From a virus (taxonomy: Duplodnaviria > Heunggongvirae > Uroviricota > Caudoviricetes): a stretch of DNA of 64,000 bases. The translations under genes were made by a program, and so were the position numbers. Each line of letters opens with the position of its first letter. Position 1 is the stretch's first letter. The notes below the pieces were generated by a model. The model saw nothing but the letters and a program-made list of their open reading frames with translations. It ran no database searches and was not told the DNA's origin. Shown one piece after another: positions 19,383 through 28,217 of this stretch. The stretch lies in the IMG/VR virus record IMGVR_UViG_2872147552_000001, one strand, 5' to 3'.

Positions 19383-19694
19383 TCAGGCTATTGCCATCAC
19401 TGATGCTCTCTGAATTTCTTGCTGGGCCACGCGGTTAACTTCCATCAAAGCCAGTTCGAGCTGATGTTCCGGCCACATTCTTTGAAATGCCATCCAGCCT
19501 TTTCCACGCTGGCGACGAACATTCATTACATAACGAGTAAAGGTGTTTTTATCGAAAGACACCGCTGTTTCACGGAACAGACGAATAGAGGTTCCATTGG
19601 CAACGATGTCCAGCAAAGTTAATTGAGCAACCAGCGCAGGCTTCTCTTTTCTCTTCTGGTCTTTGTCCAGACCAAGAACCAATGATTTTTTCAT
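19383..19694 (-). CDS. hypothetical early protein (basic)
   Basis: Trimmed to ATG at 19694; promoter module copy at 19706-19740. Confidence 0.45.
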   Translation of the reverse strand: MKKSLVLGLDKDQKRKEKPALVAQLTLLDIVANGTSIRLFRETAVSFDKNTFTRYVMNVRRQRGKGWMAFQRMWPEHQLELALMEVNRVAQQEIQRASVMAIA

Positions 19695-19848
19695 CACAAC
19701 TCCGTAAACAACTTGTTTTCTCAATGGCGTAAATAATACCAGTAAGAAAACGGCTACAAAGCATAATGATCAGGTGCATGATCGATATGCAGGTTCTTCC
19801 CTGCGGCTACATATTAAGTTAAGCCAGCAATGCTGGCTTTGGTTGGGG

Positions 19849-20178
19849 TTACTCGAATACTTCAAGAAACTCCTGAACGTCCCAATGCTGGACGAGGTGA
19901 AGATAGACCTTAGAAATCACGTCATTTTCGCTATCGCATGTGAAGTAGTACTTCTGGCTGCGGTTGTATGTGTCCACACAAAATTCGCTCATATCCATAA
20001 AGTCAGCATCTTCACCCATGTCGCAAATCATCAAAGCAGGTGCGTCATCACGAGTCATCAGCTCAAGCACCCACCGCGAATTGATCAGAGTGGAAGACCA
20101 ACCTTCTAACTCATAAAACTGATCAAACTCTTTTTGAGTTAATTTCTTGATTTGGTTGATGTCGATATTTGCAAACAT
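19849..20178 (-). CDS. hypothetical early protein (acidic)
   Basis: Trimmed to ATG at 20178 with AAGGA RBS; promoter module copy at 20191-20224. Confidence 0.45.
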   Translation of the reverse strand: MFANIDINQIKKLTQKEFDQFYELEGWSSTLINSRWVLELMTRDDAPALMICDMGEDADFMDMSEFCVDTYNRSQKYYFTCDSENDVISKVYLHLVQHWDVQEFLEVFE

Positions 20179-20540
20179 AAAGCAATCCTTAAACAACTTG
20201 TTTTCTTGATGGTGTTATTATCGCAATAACGCACAGGCGAAAAAGGATTTTATTCCGGTGAATGTGGTTTTGGCAGTGAGTTTTCAGGTTCAGTACCGAG
20301 TACACTTTTTACATTATTCTGATTTAGTGGCCGAAGGTGGCTGGTGGGCAGAATAATCATCTCCCCGAAAACCTACTGAAATCGATTGTGACCCGTTGGC
20401 TGTCTGGCACAATTACGCTGTAGCTGGGCATTCAGAGGGAGTCCAACGGTAAGTTAGTCCGCCTGCACGTGAGCGCCTCTCTTCTTCCCGCACATTACAG
20501 GTGGGTAGCCGCAACTCTCCCTCACGCTATACCGGTACGC

Positions 20541-20672
20541 CGCCGTTCCTGAACCGGCATCGAGCCTTTTCCCGAAATCCACACAGGCAACTCGACCGTT
20601 TCCCTGAAAACCTCCAGCCGTTCCCCGAAGGCAACCCAGCCGTTTCTGTAGCGGGATGCAGCTTTTTCCCTG
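20541..20672 (+). repeat. direct-repeat array B (6 copies of GCCGTTCC/CCGTTTCC-type motif)
   Basis: GCCGTTCCTGAACC, CCTTTTCCCGAAATCC, ACCGTTTCCCTGAAAA, GCCGTTCCCCGAAGG, GCCGTTTCTGTAGCG, GCTTTTTCCCTGTATGG within about 130 bp. Confidence 0.55.
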
Positions 20673-21731
20673 TATGGACCGAAGGCTGACCGTAGGGGTG
20701 TTACGGGGGATAAAATCAGGAGTTGAATAAATACGAAAAAGGAGGCGACACCCCTCCTTCCCTCCCCACTTATACATACCTGGCTTCTTCGCTATACATG
20801 TTGTGTTTTATTCGTGTTTTATCTGTCTCAACCTCTCTATGGACGTTAACACTCACTCCTTCCAGAACGTTCTATACGGCGACTAATTCTGTTGGTGAAT
20901 TGGGTGTGTTGTTCTCTCTGTCGGTGTATGTGGTTTCGTTCGTTTTGCGGTGGTTCTTCTATGGGGTGTTCTCGTCGTTTTGGTGATTGTTCTTCTCCGT
21001 GTATGGAGTAATGGCAGGTGGGCGATTCCTTTCGTTGTTGTGTTTGAGTTGTTTGTCTGGAGTGTGAAAGGCTTTTGTAGTTATTCGTGTATTGGGTAAT
21101 GGCGTTTCCCGTGATTGTTCTGTTTCGTGTCTTTTGGGATTGAGAGAAGCCTTGCGGTTACAGGCTTCGTTGGGGGTTCAGTGATTCTGGTGTTTCTTCG
21201 CTGTTTGGGTAATGGCGTGTCGTGGGTATCGCGCGTATGAATGTTTTCGGATTGCCTGTGAAAGTTAGGTTGGTTGTCCGGTAGCCTGGGGAGAAGAGGT
21301 GGGTCTTTTCGGTAGCCTGCCATAAAGAGGTTGGTTGTTTTTGGAAATGGCATATGTGTTATTTAGTTGTTTTGTTATGCCTGAAAATAAGTTGTTTATA
21401 TGGTTATGTAACGCAACGGGAACGATTTTGAGCGTGTGTTTTTGTTGGTAGTGTGTTGGGTCGTCTGTGGTGAAAATTGGACGCTGTGGCGCTGTCTGCT
21501 GCGTAGAATTACGGGTATAAGCAGTGATGTGTGAAAACGTCAATTTTTTAGACCAAATAGGGTGAAAGCGTTGATGTTTCGTTGATCTGTTATTTAGTTG
21601 TTTTCTTGTTTGTATAAACAACTATAACCTATTGATATTTAAGGATGTGATTGCGGGTATGGAAGGGGAGTAGTGGCGATCAACGGATTCTTATAGAAAA
21701 GAATCAAATTGTGACCGCCATTATCAATGTT

Positions 21732-22466
21732 TTACTTAGTTTTGTTTAGCAGAGAGAGAATTTCATCACTAATTTCACTCGCCTGTTTGATAGCCAATGC
21801 AGTTACCTCTTCTATGGTTGGTGACTGTTGATGCTCATGTTTGGTTTCAGTTATGACAATGTGTTCTTCACCTGAATTTGCGCATAGTGCCGCATTGACT
21901 ATAAGGTTTGAGTAAGAATTTAGCAGAGCACTGTTGATAAACGCTTTCACGGTATTACTGTCTGCACCAAATACATCTTTTCTGACCGCTTCAGCCTCAC
22001 AGCGAACCCCTGCAGCAACATCGTGAAGAACATGTATGGCCTTGGAGCTTGTTTGTTCACAGTACTCAATCATTATTGTCGAATTGTTCTGTTCAACAAA
22101 TGATCTGATGCCTGACGATTCACCCATAGCATCGAAGGCAGCGTGACCCGCACTAGTAGAGATATCTTCGTAGAGTTCTTCATCGCTATCTTTTTCTTCA
22201 GGTGTCGAGGTGTCTTCATCGTCGTAATAGATATTGCCTTTAATCAGTGTTTTGGATACTTGATATAAACAATAAGAGACGAGATTTAAGCATTGGATTT
22301 TAGCTGTATTGTCCTTTGTCGCCTCGCTCTTCAGTTCTTTCGCTTCTTCAGTAAGGCTGTTGATAAGACTTTGTATTTTTTCCAACGCGTTAGGTGCACA
22401 CTCCGCGTTGTCCATAAAGAATTTATAACCAGTTCCAGGGATTTCTAAACTTTTCAACTTTTTCAT
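21732..22466 (-). CDS. hypothetical protein (AT-rich, acidic)
   Basis: 244-aa ORF of lower GC content than its neighbours. Confidence 0.4.
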   Translation of the reverse strand: MKKLKSLEIPGTGYKFFMDNAECAPNALEKIQSLINSLTEEAKELKSEATKDNTAKIQCLNLVSYCLYQVSKTLIKGNIYYDDEDTSTPEEKDSDEELYEDISTSAGHAAFDAMGESSGIRSFVEQNNSTIMIEYCEQTSSKAIHVLHDVAAGVRCEAEAVRKDVFGADSNTVKAFINSALLNSYSNLIVNAALCANSGEEHIVITETKHEHQQSPTIEEVTALAIKQASEISDEILSLLNKTK

Positions 22467-22511
22467 TTCTTTGATAATCCTAAAAACAAACTACCAATGC
22501 TTTAATATCTG

Positions 22512-22811
22512 TTACCAGTTCCAGCACTCAAGCCCTTCAACGACCGGTGCACCACAATCAAAATGTACAGAGTCAAAGCCTACATCAAGTACTTTCTGAA
22601 TGTTAGCAATCGCGCCTTCGGATATACCATATCGACGCAAGTCCTCTTTCCAGACATCATCCTGTAACCCGGCGTGGACAATACAACCGCCGTCAATTTG
22701 CGAAACCCAATCCAGCTCATTGCTTGCGATCATGAATCGGCGAGCATCTTCCTCTGATGTATGAGATGAACTGATCAATGCCACCTGGTAGGCTTGGGTA
22801 ATGTTCAACAT
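22512..22811 (-). CDS. hypothetical protein
   Basis: Track start 22820 is GTG; ATG at 22811 has GGAGTGG RBS; preceded by a complete two-operator promoter module at 22821-22892. Confidence 0.45.
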   Translation of the reverse strand: MLNITQAYQVALISSSHTSEEDARRFMIASNELDWVSQIDGGCIVHAGLQDDVWKEDLRRYGISEGAIANIQKVLDVGFDSVHFDCGAPVVEGLECWNW

Positions 22812-22820
22812 TTCAACCAC

Positions 22821-22892
22821 TCCGAAACAATTTGTTTTCTTATGTGGTTTATTATCTCCATCAACAAAAGGCAGAAAACAAATTGTTTTAGG
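22821..22892 (-). promoter_or_regulatory. complete early promoter module (two AAACAA-N-TTGTTT palindromes flanking GATAAT)
   Basis: Best-preserved copy of the module; the host-like insert begins immediately upstream. Confidence 0.5.
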
Positions 22893-22972
22893 TACTGTGT
22901 AAATCAGAAGGGATTGTGTCTATATGAAAATGCCCGGCGTGTTGCCGGGCATTGCGAAGAGAGGTTGTTTAA

Positions 22973-25006
22973 TTACTTAACCTGGTGGCCAGGTTTAGCA
23001 CCAGCATCCGGGCTTAACAGGAAGATATCTTTCCCGCCGGGGCCAGCAGCCATCACCATGCCTTCAGAGATACCGAAGCGCATTTTACGTGGTGCCAGGT
23101 TAGCCACCATAATGGTGTGACGACCAATCAGTGCCTGTGGATCTGGATAAGCGGAACGGATGCCTGAGAAGACATTACGCTTTTCACCACCGAGATCCAG
23201 CGTCAGGCGAAGCAGTTTGTCAGAACCTTCTACAAACTCTGCGTTTTCAATCAGCGCCACGCGCAGGTCAACTTTGGCGAAGTCGTCAAAGGTGATAGTT
23301 TCCTGAATCGGGTCGTCAGCCAGTGGGCCAGTTACCGGTGCGGCTGTGGCTTTCACTTCTTCTTTGGATGCTTCCACCAGTGCTTCAACCTGCTTCATAT
23401 CGATGCGGTTATACAGTGCCTTGAACGGATTTACTTTATGGCCCAGCAGCGGTTGCTGGATACCATCCCAGGTCAGTTCTGTATTCAGGAATGCTTCTGC
23501 ACGTTCAGTCAGTTTCGGCAGTACCGGCTTCAGGTACGTCATCAGCACGCGGAACAGGTTAATGCCCATAGAGCAAATCGCCTGCAGATCGGCATCGCGA
23601 CCTTCCTGCTTCGCCACCACCCACGGAGCCTGTTCATCGACATAGCGGTTAGCCAGGTCAGCCAATGCCATGATTTCACGGATAGCTTTACCAAATTCGC
23701 GGCTTTCCCATGCTTCGCCAATCACTTCAGCGGCATCAGTAAAGGTTTTGTACAGTTGCGGGTCAGCCAGTTCGCTTGCCAGCACGCCGTCAAAACGCTT
23801 GTTTATAAAGCCTGCATTACGGGAGGCCAGGTTAACCACTTTGTTCACGATATCGGCATTCACGCGCTGAACGAAATCCTCCAGGTTGAGATCGATATCA
23901 TCAATGCGCGAAGAGAGTTTCGCAGTGTAGTAGTAACGCAGGCTGTCGGCGTCAAAATGATTCAGCCAGGTGCTGGCTTTAATAAAGGTGCCGCGAGACT
24001 TGGACATCTTCGCGCCGTTCACCGTCACATAGCCGTGAACAAACAGGTTGGTCGGCTTGCGGAAGTTGCTGCCTTCCAGCATGGCAGGCCAGAACAGGCT
24101 GTGGAAGTAAACAATATCTTTACCGATGAAGTGGTACAGCTCGGCGGTGGAGTCTTTCTTCCAGTATTCATCGAAGCTGGTGGTATCGCCGCGCTTGTCG
24201 CACAGATTCTTGAAGGAACCCATGTAGCCAATCGGCGCGTCCAGCCAGACGTAGAAATATTTGCCCGGCGCGTCCGGAATTTCAAAACCGAAGTAAGGCG
24301 CATCGCGGGAGATATCCCACTGTTGCAGGCCGGATTCAAACCATTCCTGCATTTTGTTCGCCACCTGCTCCTGCAACGCGCCGCTGCGGGTCCATGCCTG
24401 CAACATTTCGCTGAAAGAAGGCAGATCAAAGAAGAAGTGTTCGGAATCACGCATTACCGGGGTAGCGCCAGAAACCACCGATTTCGGCTCGATCAATTCA
24501 GTCGGGCTATATGTTGCGCCGCAGACTTCACAGTTATCGCCGTATTGATCTGGCGCTTTACATTTCGGGCAGGTGCCTTTTACAAAACGATCCGGCAGGA
24601 ACATGCCTTTTTCCGGGTCGTACAACTGAGAGATAGTGCGGTTTTTAATAAAACCGTTCTCTTTCAGGCGAGTATAGATAAGCTCAGACAACTGACGGTT
24701 CTCTTCGCTGTGCGTCGAGTGATAGTTGTCATAGCTGATGTTAAAGCCTGCGAAATCAGTCTGGTGTTCCTGACTCATTTCGCCAATCATCTGCTCCGGT
24801 GTGATACCAAGCTGCTGCGCTTTCAGCATGATCGGCGTACCGTGGGCATCGTCGGCACAGATGAAATTAACCTCGTGGCCGCGCATTCGCTGGTAACGAA
24901 CCCAGACATCAGCCTGGATGTGCTCCAGCATATGGCCGAGGTGGATTGAGCCGTTAGCGTACGGCAGCGCGCACGTCACCAGAATTTTCTTCGCGACTTG
25001 GGTCAT
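22973..25006 (-). CDS. metG: methionyl-tRNA synthetase (chromosomal-type, near-identical to E. coli MetG as recalled)
   Basis: 677-aa product from [26 protein letters not shown] with HIGH and KMSKS motifs and the C-terminal tRNA-binding domain; track ORF extends 43 codons upstream of the true ATG at 25006; own hairpin terminator at 22931-22957. Confidence 0.95.
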   Translation of the reverse strand: MTQVAKKILVTCALPYANGSIHLGHMLEHIQADVWVRYQRMRGHEVNFICADDAHGTPIMLKAQQLGITPEQMIGEMSQEHQTDFAGFNISYDNYHSTHSEENRQLSELIYTRLKENGFIKNRTISQLYDPEKGMFLPDRFVKGTCPKCKAPDQYGDNCEVCGATYSPTELIEPKSVVSGATPVMRDSEHFFFDLPSFSEMLQAWTRSGALQEQVANKMQEWFESGLQQWDISRDAPYFGFEIPDAPGKYFYVWLDAPIGYMGSFKNLCDKRGDTTSFDEYWKKDSTAELYHFIGKDIVYFHSLFWPAMLEGSNFRKPTNLFVHGYVTVNGAKMSKSRGTFIKASTWLNHFDADSLRYYYTAKLSSRIDDIDLNLEDFVQRVNADIVNKVVNLASRNAGFINKRFDGVLASELADPQLYKTFTDAAEVIGEAWESREFGKAIREIMALADLANRYVDEQAPWVVAKQEGRDADLQAICSMGINLFRVLMTYLKPVLPKLTERAEAFLNTELTWDGIQQPLLGHKVNPFKALYNRIDMKQVEALVEASKEEVKATAAPVTGPLADDPIQETITFDDFAKVDLRVALIENAEFVEGSDKLLRLTLDLGGEKRNVFSGIRSAYPDPQALIGRHTIMVANLAPRKMRFGISEGMVMAAGPGGKDIFLLSPDAGAKPGHQVK

Positions 25007-25163
25007 AGTAGGCATTACTTCTTTGTAGTGAAAAGGGGCTTGATAGTAACAAAATGGCCTTATGTCTGCCATGTGATAACAGCATTTCTCATAAATGATT
25101 AAATGTCGTAGCTGGAGTACACTACAAGGCGACAATTGCGCAAATTAAAATAAAGGAGACGGG

Positions 25164-26264
25164 ATGAGCGAGTCCAAATCGCCGGATGCCCTGAGAGCAA
25201 TGGTAGCCGGTACGCTGGCTAATTTTCAGCACCCAACCCTGAAACACAACCTGACTACGCTTAAAGCGTTACACCATGTTGCGTTGATGGATGACACACT
25301 GCATGTCGAACTAATCATGCCTTTCGTGTGGAATAAGCCTTTTGAAGACCTGAAAGAGCAATGTAGTGGTGATCTGCTCCGTATCACTGGCGCAAAGGCT
25401 ATTGACTGGAAGCTGTCGTACAACATTGCCACGCTTAAGCGCGTCAAAAACCAACCAGGCATTAATGGCGTTAAGAACATTATCGCCGTCAGCTCAGGCA
25501 AGGGCGGCGTGGGTAAATCCTCCACGGCGGTAAACCTGGCACTGGCGTTGGCTGCTGAAGGTGCGAAAGTTGGTATTTTGGATGCCGATATCTATGGTCC
25601 ATCAATTCCAACCATGCTGGGTGCGGAAAACCAACGTCCAACCTCACCTGACGGTACTCACATGGCACCTATCATGTCTCATGGCCTGGCAACCAACTCT
25701 ATTGGTTATCTGGTCACCGACGACAATGCAATGGTGTGGCGTGGACCGATGGCCAGCAAGGCGCTGATGCAGATGTTGCAGGAAACTCTATGGCCTGATC
25801 TGGACTATCTCGTTCTCGATATGCCGCCGGGCACTGGTGATATTCAGTTGACGCTGGCGCAGAACATTCCTGTAACTGGTGCGGTTGTGGTAACTACGCC
25901 GCAAGACATCGCGCTGATCGATGCGAAGAAAGGCATTGTGATGTTCGAAAAAGTCGAAGTGCCGGTACTGGGTATCGTCGAAAACATGAGTGTGCATATT
26001 TGCAGTAACTGCGGTCATCACGAGCCAATTTTTGGCACCGGTGGCGCACAGAAACTGGCCGAGAAATACAACACGCAGTTGTTAGGCCAAATGCCACTTC
26101 ATATCTCTCTTCGTGAAGATCTGGATAACGGAACACCAACCGTTATTAGTCGTCCAGATAGCGAATTTACGGCTATTTATCGTGACCTCGCAGATCGCGT
26201 TGCCGCCCAAATGTATTGGCAAGGTGAAGTAATACCTGGCGAAATCGCATTCCGCGCAGTGTGA
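25164..26264 (+). CDS. apbC: Fe-S cluster carrier ATPase ApbC/Mrp
   Basis: 366-aa product with deviant Walker A SSGKGGVGKSSTAVNLA and CxxC motif (ICSNCGHHEPIFG); divergent from metG exactly as in the enterobacterial chromosome; AAAGGAGA RBS. Confidence 0.95.
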   Translation: MSESKSPDALRAMVAGTLANFQHPTLKHNLTTLKALHHVALMDDTLHVELIMPFVWNKPFEDLKEQCSGDLLRITGAKAIDWKLSYNIATLKRVKNQPGINGVKNIIAVSSGKGGVGKSSTAVNLALALAAEGAKVGILDADIYGPSIPTMLGAENQRPTSPDGTHMAPIMSHGLATNSIGYLVTDDNAMVWRGPMASKALMQMLQETLWPDLDYLVLDMPPGTGDIQLTLAQNIPVTGAVVVTTPQDIALIDAKKGIVMFEKVEVPVLGIVENMSVHICSNCGHHEPIFGTGGAQKLAEKYNTQLLGQMPLHISLREDLDNGTPTVISRPDSEFTAIYRDLADRVAAQMYWQGEVIPGEIAFRAV

Positions 26265-26269
26265 TAAAA

Positions 26270-26290
26270 AGGCGGTGCATTGCACCGCCT
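26270..26290 (-). terminator. hairpin terminator shared between apbC and the UmuD'-like gene
   Basis: GGCGGTGCATTGCACCGCC stem-loop; on the minus strand it is followed by a T-run. Confidence 0.5.
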
Positions 26291-26301
26291 AATCAGTTCT
26301 C

Positions 26302-26691
26302 CTACATCACGGGACAATCATCAAACTCGCCACTTCTTGCGTCGTTGATAATGTGAGTGATCACACCAAACACGGCATTGCTGCCCGTGCATCCATCGTC
26401 ATCCTTTGGCAATGCTTCCTTCTTACCGGTTCTTAAATCCTCCAGATGCTGACGTGGGTACTTCCGGTATCTTTTTACGCGATATTCCCCATCCAGAGCG
26501 CATACAAGCAGAGAACCATCAACCGGGGTAAGCGAGGAATCGACCACCAGCAATGCACCCTGTAATATTCCCTCACGATGATGACTATCAGCTGCCCTCA
26601 TGAAGTAGGTCGCTGAAGGATGTCTAATTATCTGCTGATCAAGAGAAATACGGCTCTCAGCATAATCCGCCGCAGGAGAAGGGAAGCCCAT
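26302..26691 (-). CDS. UmuD'-like S24 peptidase-fold protein (pre-processed form, P1 HumD-like)
   Basis: Product begins MGFPSPAADY..., i.e. at the position created by RecA-mediated cleavage of UmuD; conserved Ser and Lys of the S24 dyad retained (ADSH, VKR); GAGGG RBS; strong LexA box immediately upstream. Confidence 0.65.
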   Translation of the reverse strand: MGFPSPAADYAESRISLDQQIIRHPSATYFMRAADSHHREGILQGALLVVDSSLTPVDGSLLVCALDGEYRVKRYRKYPRQHLEDLRTGKKEALPKDDDGCTGSNAVFGVITHIINDARSGEFDDCPVM

Positions 26692-26707
26692 AGCGTTTTG
26701 CCCTCAA

Positions 26708-26727
26708 TACTGTTCATTTATACAGTA
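26708..26727. promoter_or_regulatory. LexA (SOS) box TACTGTTCATTTATACAGTA
   Basis: Matches the TACTGT-N8-ACAGTA consensus; lies 17-36 nt upstream of the UmuD'-like start codon. Confidence 0.75.
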
Positions 26728-26784
26728 TACATGAAAGAAGCTCACTCAGTGCAACTGATCGGTACATAGCACCAGACAAAGGAA

Positions 26785-26847
26785 CGTTATTTTCTCGAAC
26801 AAGAAAAGGTAGAAAACAAATTGTTTAAGGCCACAACTAGTGGCCTT
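26785..26847 (-). promoter_or_regulatory. truncated early promoter module plus terminator hairpin AAGGCCACAACTAGTGGCCTT
   Basis: Near-identical to the unit at 31041-31120 down to GTTATTTTC at about 26786, where similarity stops. Confidence 0.5.
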
Positions 26848-26863
26848 AATGGAGAAGGGATGC

Positions 26864-27427
26864 TTATTGGCTATGGCTAAAAATCAAATGAGACACTTCA
26901 TTTGGTTGTAGCTCGTCAAGATCCGGGGCCACAAAACCTTTTCCAAAAGACTTCACAAGTGATTCACCAGCCGCATCATTGTCACCTATTACGCGAAAGT
27001 CATACGGCAGCATTGCCAGTTGACGACGTAATCCTGCTGAGAAAGTCGAACCTAACAGCGCCCACGAATTTCCGCCCGCGTTGTGCACTGCTGCACTTTT
27101 AAAAATCGACTCAGTTATCCATATCGGTCCATCTTTTAAAGGAAGATAGGTTCCCCATAGTAGCTGTCTGCCGTTCGCTCGTGTGAAATACCGGGCCATC
27201 TTCGGATTGCTATGCTGCTTAGGAGCGCCTGGTCTGTATGTCTGATACCCGGCCAACATCCCATCAAACCTGTATAGAGGGAACGTAACAACTCCTTCGC
27301 TTTCATCGATCCACTGTCTATATGGATGCACATCATGGCGGTAGTTACGAGTTAGCAAATGAGCTTCCAGCTTTCCATATTTGGTCATAACTTCGCATCC
27401 CTCATAACACTTCCCATTTATCACCAT
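26864..27427 (-). CDS. Toprim-domain protein (primase-like)
   Basis: Conserved glutamate segment IWITESIFKSAAV and DxD motif RVIGDNDAAGESL typical of Toprim domains. Confidence 0.45.
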   Translation of the reverse strand: MVINGKCYEGCEVMTKYGKLEAHLLTRNYRHDVHPYRQWIDESEGVVTFPLYRFDGMLAGYQTYRPGAPKQHSNPKMARYFTRANGRQLLWGTYLPLKDGPIWITESIFKSAAVHNAGGNSWALLGSTFSAGLRRQLAMLPYDFRVIGDNDAAGESLVKSFGKGFVAPDLDELQPNEVSHLIFSHSQ

Positions 27428-28217
27428 ATTTCTCCATAGCTCTTAGCCAGTAAACATGGCCACTAGGCATAGTGATGTGAGGCTCGCCAAACTCTTCTCC
27501 ATGCACATCAAAGATGTCCCCAACAGAGAATTGGGGGATTTCTACGCCGTTTTCACCTATATGCGTAATTCGTATACGTTTCGGTTGAGATTCTCCCCCT
27601 TTGAGCGAGTTGTTCACTGCTCTGGCAATCTTCTCCCGCAATTGCTGCGTTCCGTGGTACTGAACCGCAATATCCCTCAACTCATTCACCAGTTCTCGAA
27701 TCTGGTGATCTTTAAGCTCATTATTTGAGTGATGGGTAACAACTCTGGTTAATTCACCCTTGTCTTTTGCTCTTACGTATGCAGCTCTTGTGCATTCGAC
27801 CCATGTATTACCGCCTACATTAACTTCGTAGATTAGGCTGGACTTATCTGTCAATTCGGAACAAATACGGGCCGTGGTCTGGCAACTAGAGCATTCGCAG
27901 TTATCGCGGAAACCGTGATCTACCGGTCGAGAAAGAGGTTTAACTTTTTCATCCAACTTCATCACAGCATCGTGATAAGCGTTCCAGCCGTCATCTTTAC
28001 CAAGTTGATAAATCTCTGAAGGCTCCATGTAGTCTATATCGCAACCTTCTTCATCCGATCTATCTGGTCGCTTCCCTGGTAATCGCTCATAAAAACGATT
28101 TCTGTCTCGACGTTCGGCTCTCAGTGCTAACGCAAGAAGTTGCTCAAGCGAGGTATTTGCACCAGCAATAATTTCATTGAGAATATCTTCTGTGAGATCT
28201 TTCGCTACCGTGCTCAT
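27402..28217 (-). CDS. hypothetical Cys-rich protein (possible zinc-binding partner of the Toprim protein)
   Basis: 271-aa ORF with clustered cysteines (CECSSCQ ... C); overlaps downstream gene by 26 nt. Confidence 0.3.
   Translation of the reverse strand: MSTVAKDLTEDILNEIIAGANTSLEQLLALALRAERRDRNRFYERLPGKRPDRSDEEGCDIDYMEPSEIYQLGKDDGWNAYHDAVMKLDEKVKPLSRPVDHGFRDNCECSSCQTTARICSELTDKSSLIYEVNVGGNTWVECTRAAYVRAKDKGELTRVVTHHSNNELKDHQIRELVNELRDIAVQYHGTQQLREKIARAVNNSLKGGESQPKRIRITHIGENGVEIPQFSVGDIFDVHGEEFGEPHITMPSGHVYWLRAMEKYGDKWEVL

Noticed and set aside
21081-21621. ORFs 21081-21353 and 21265-21621 inside the GT-rich region
   Set aside because: Translations are Pro/Thr/Gln-rich low-complexity strings produced by the strand bias; no RBS; treated as non-coding.
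23438-24949. 503-aa plus-strand ORF antisense to metG, and similar long antisense ORFs (8667-9941, 1904-2299, 9608-9814)
   Set aside because: They lie entirely inside well-supported genes on the opposite strand, have low-complexity Arg/Ala/Gly-rich translations and no RBS; these are spurious shadow ORFs.
22973-25135. metG as a phage-encoded aminoacyl-tRNA synthetase of the kind seen in giant phages
   Set aside because: The sequence is near-identical to the host enzyme as I recall it, keeps its chromosomal neighbour apbC and intergenic region, and the 43-codon N-terminal extension in the track ORF is an artefact of taking the longest ORF; this is captured host DNA, not a diverged phage gene.
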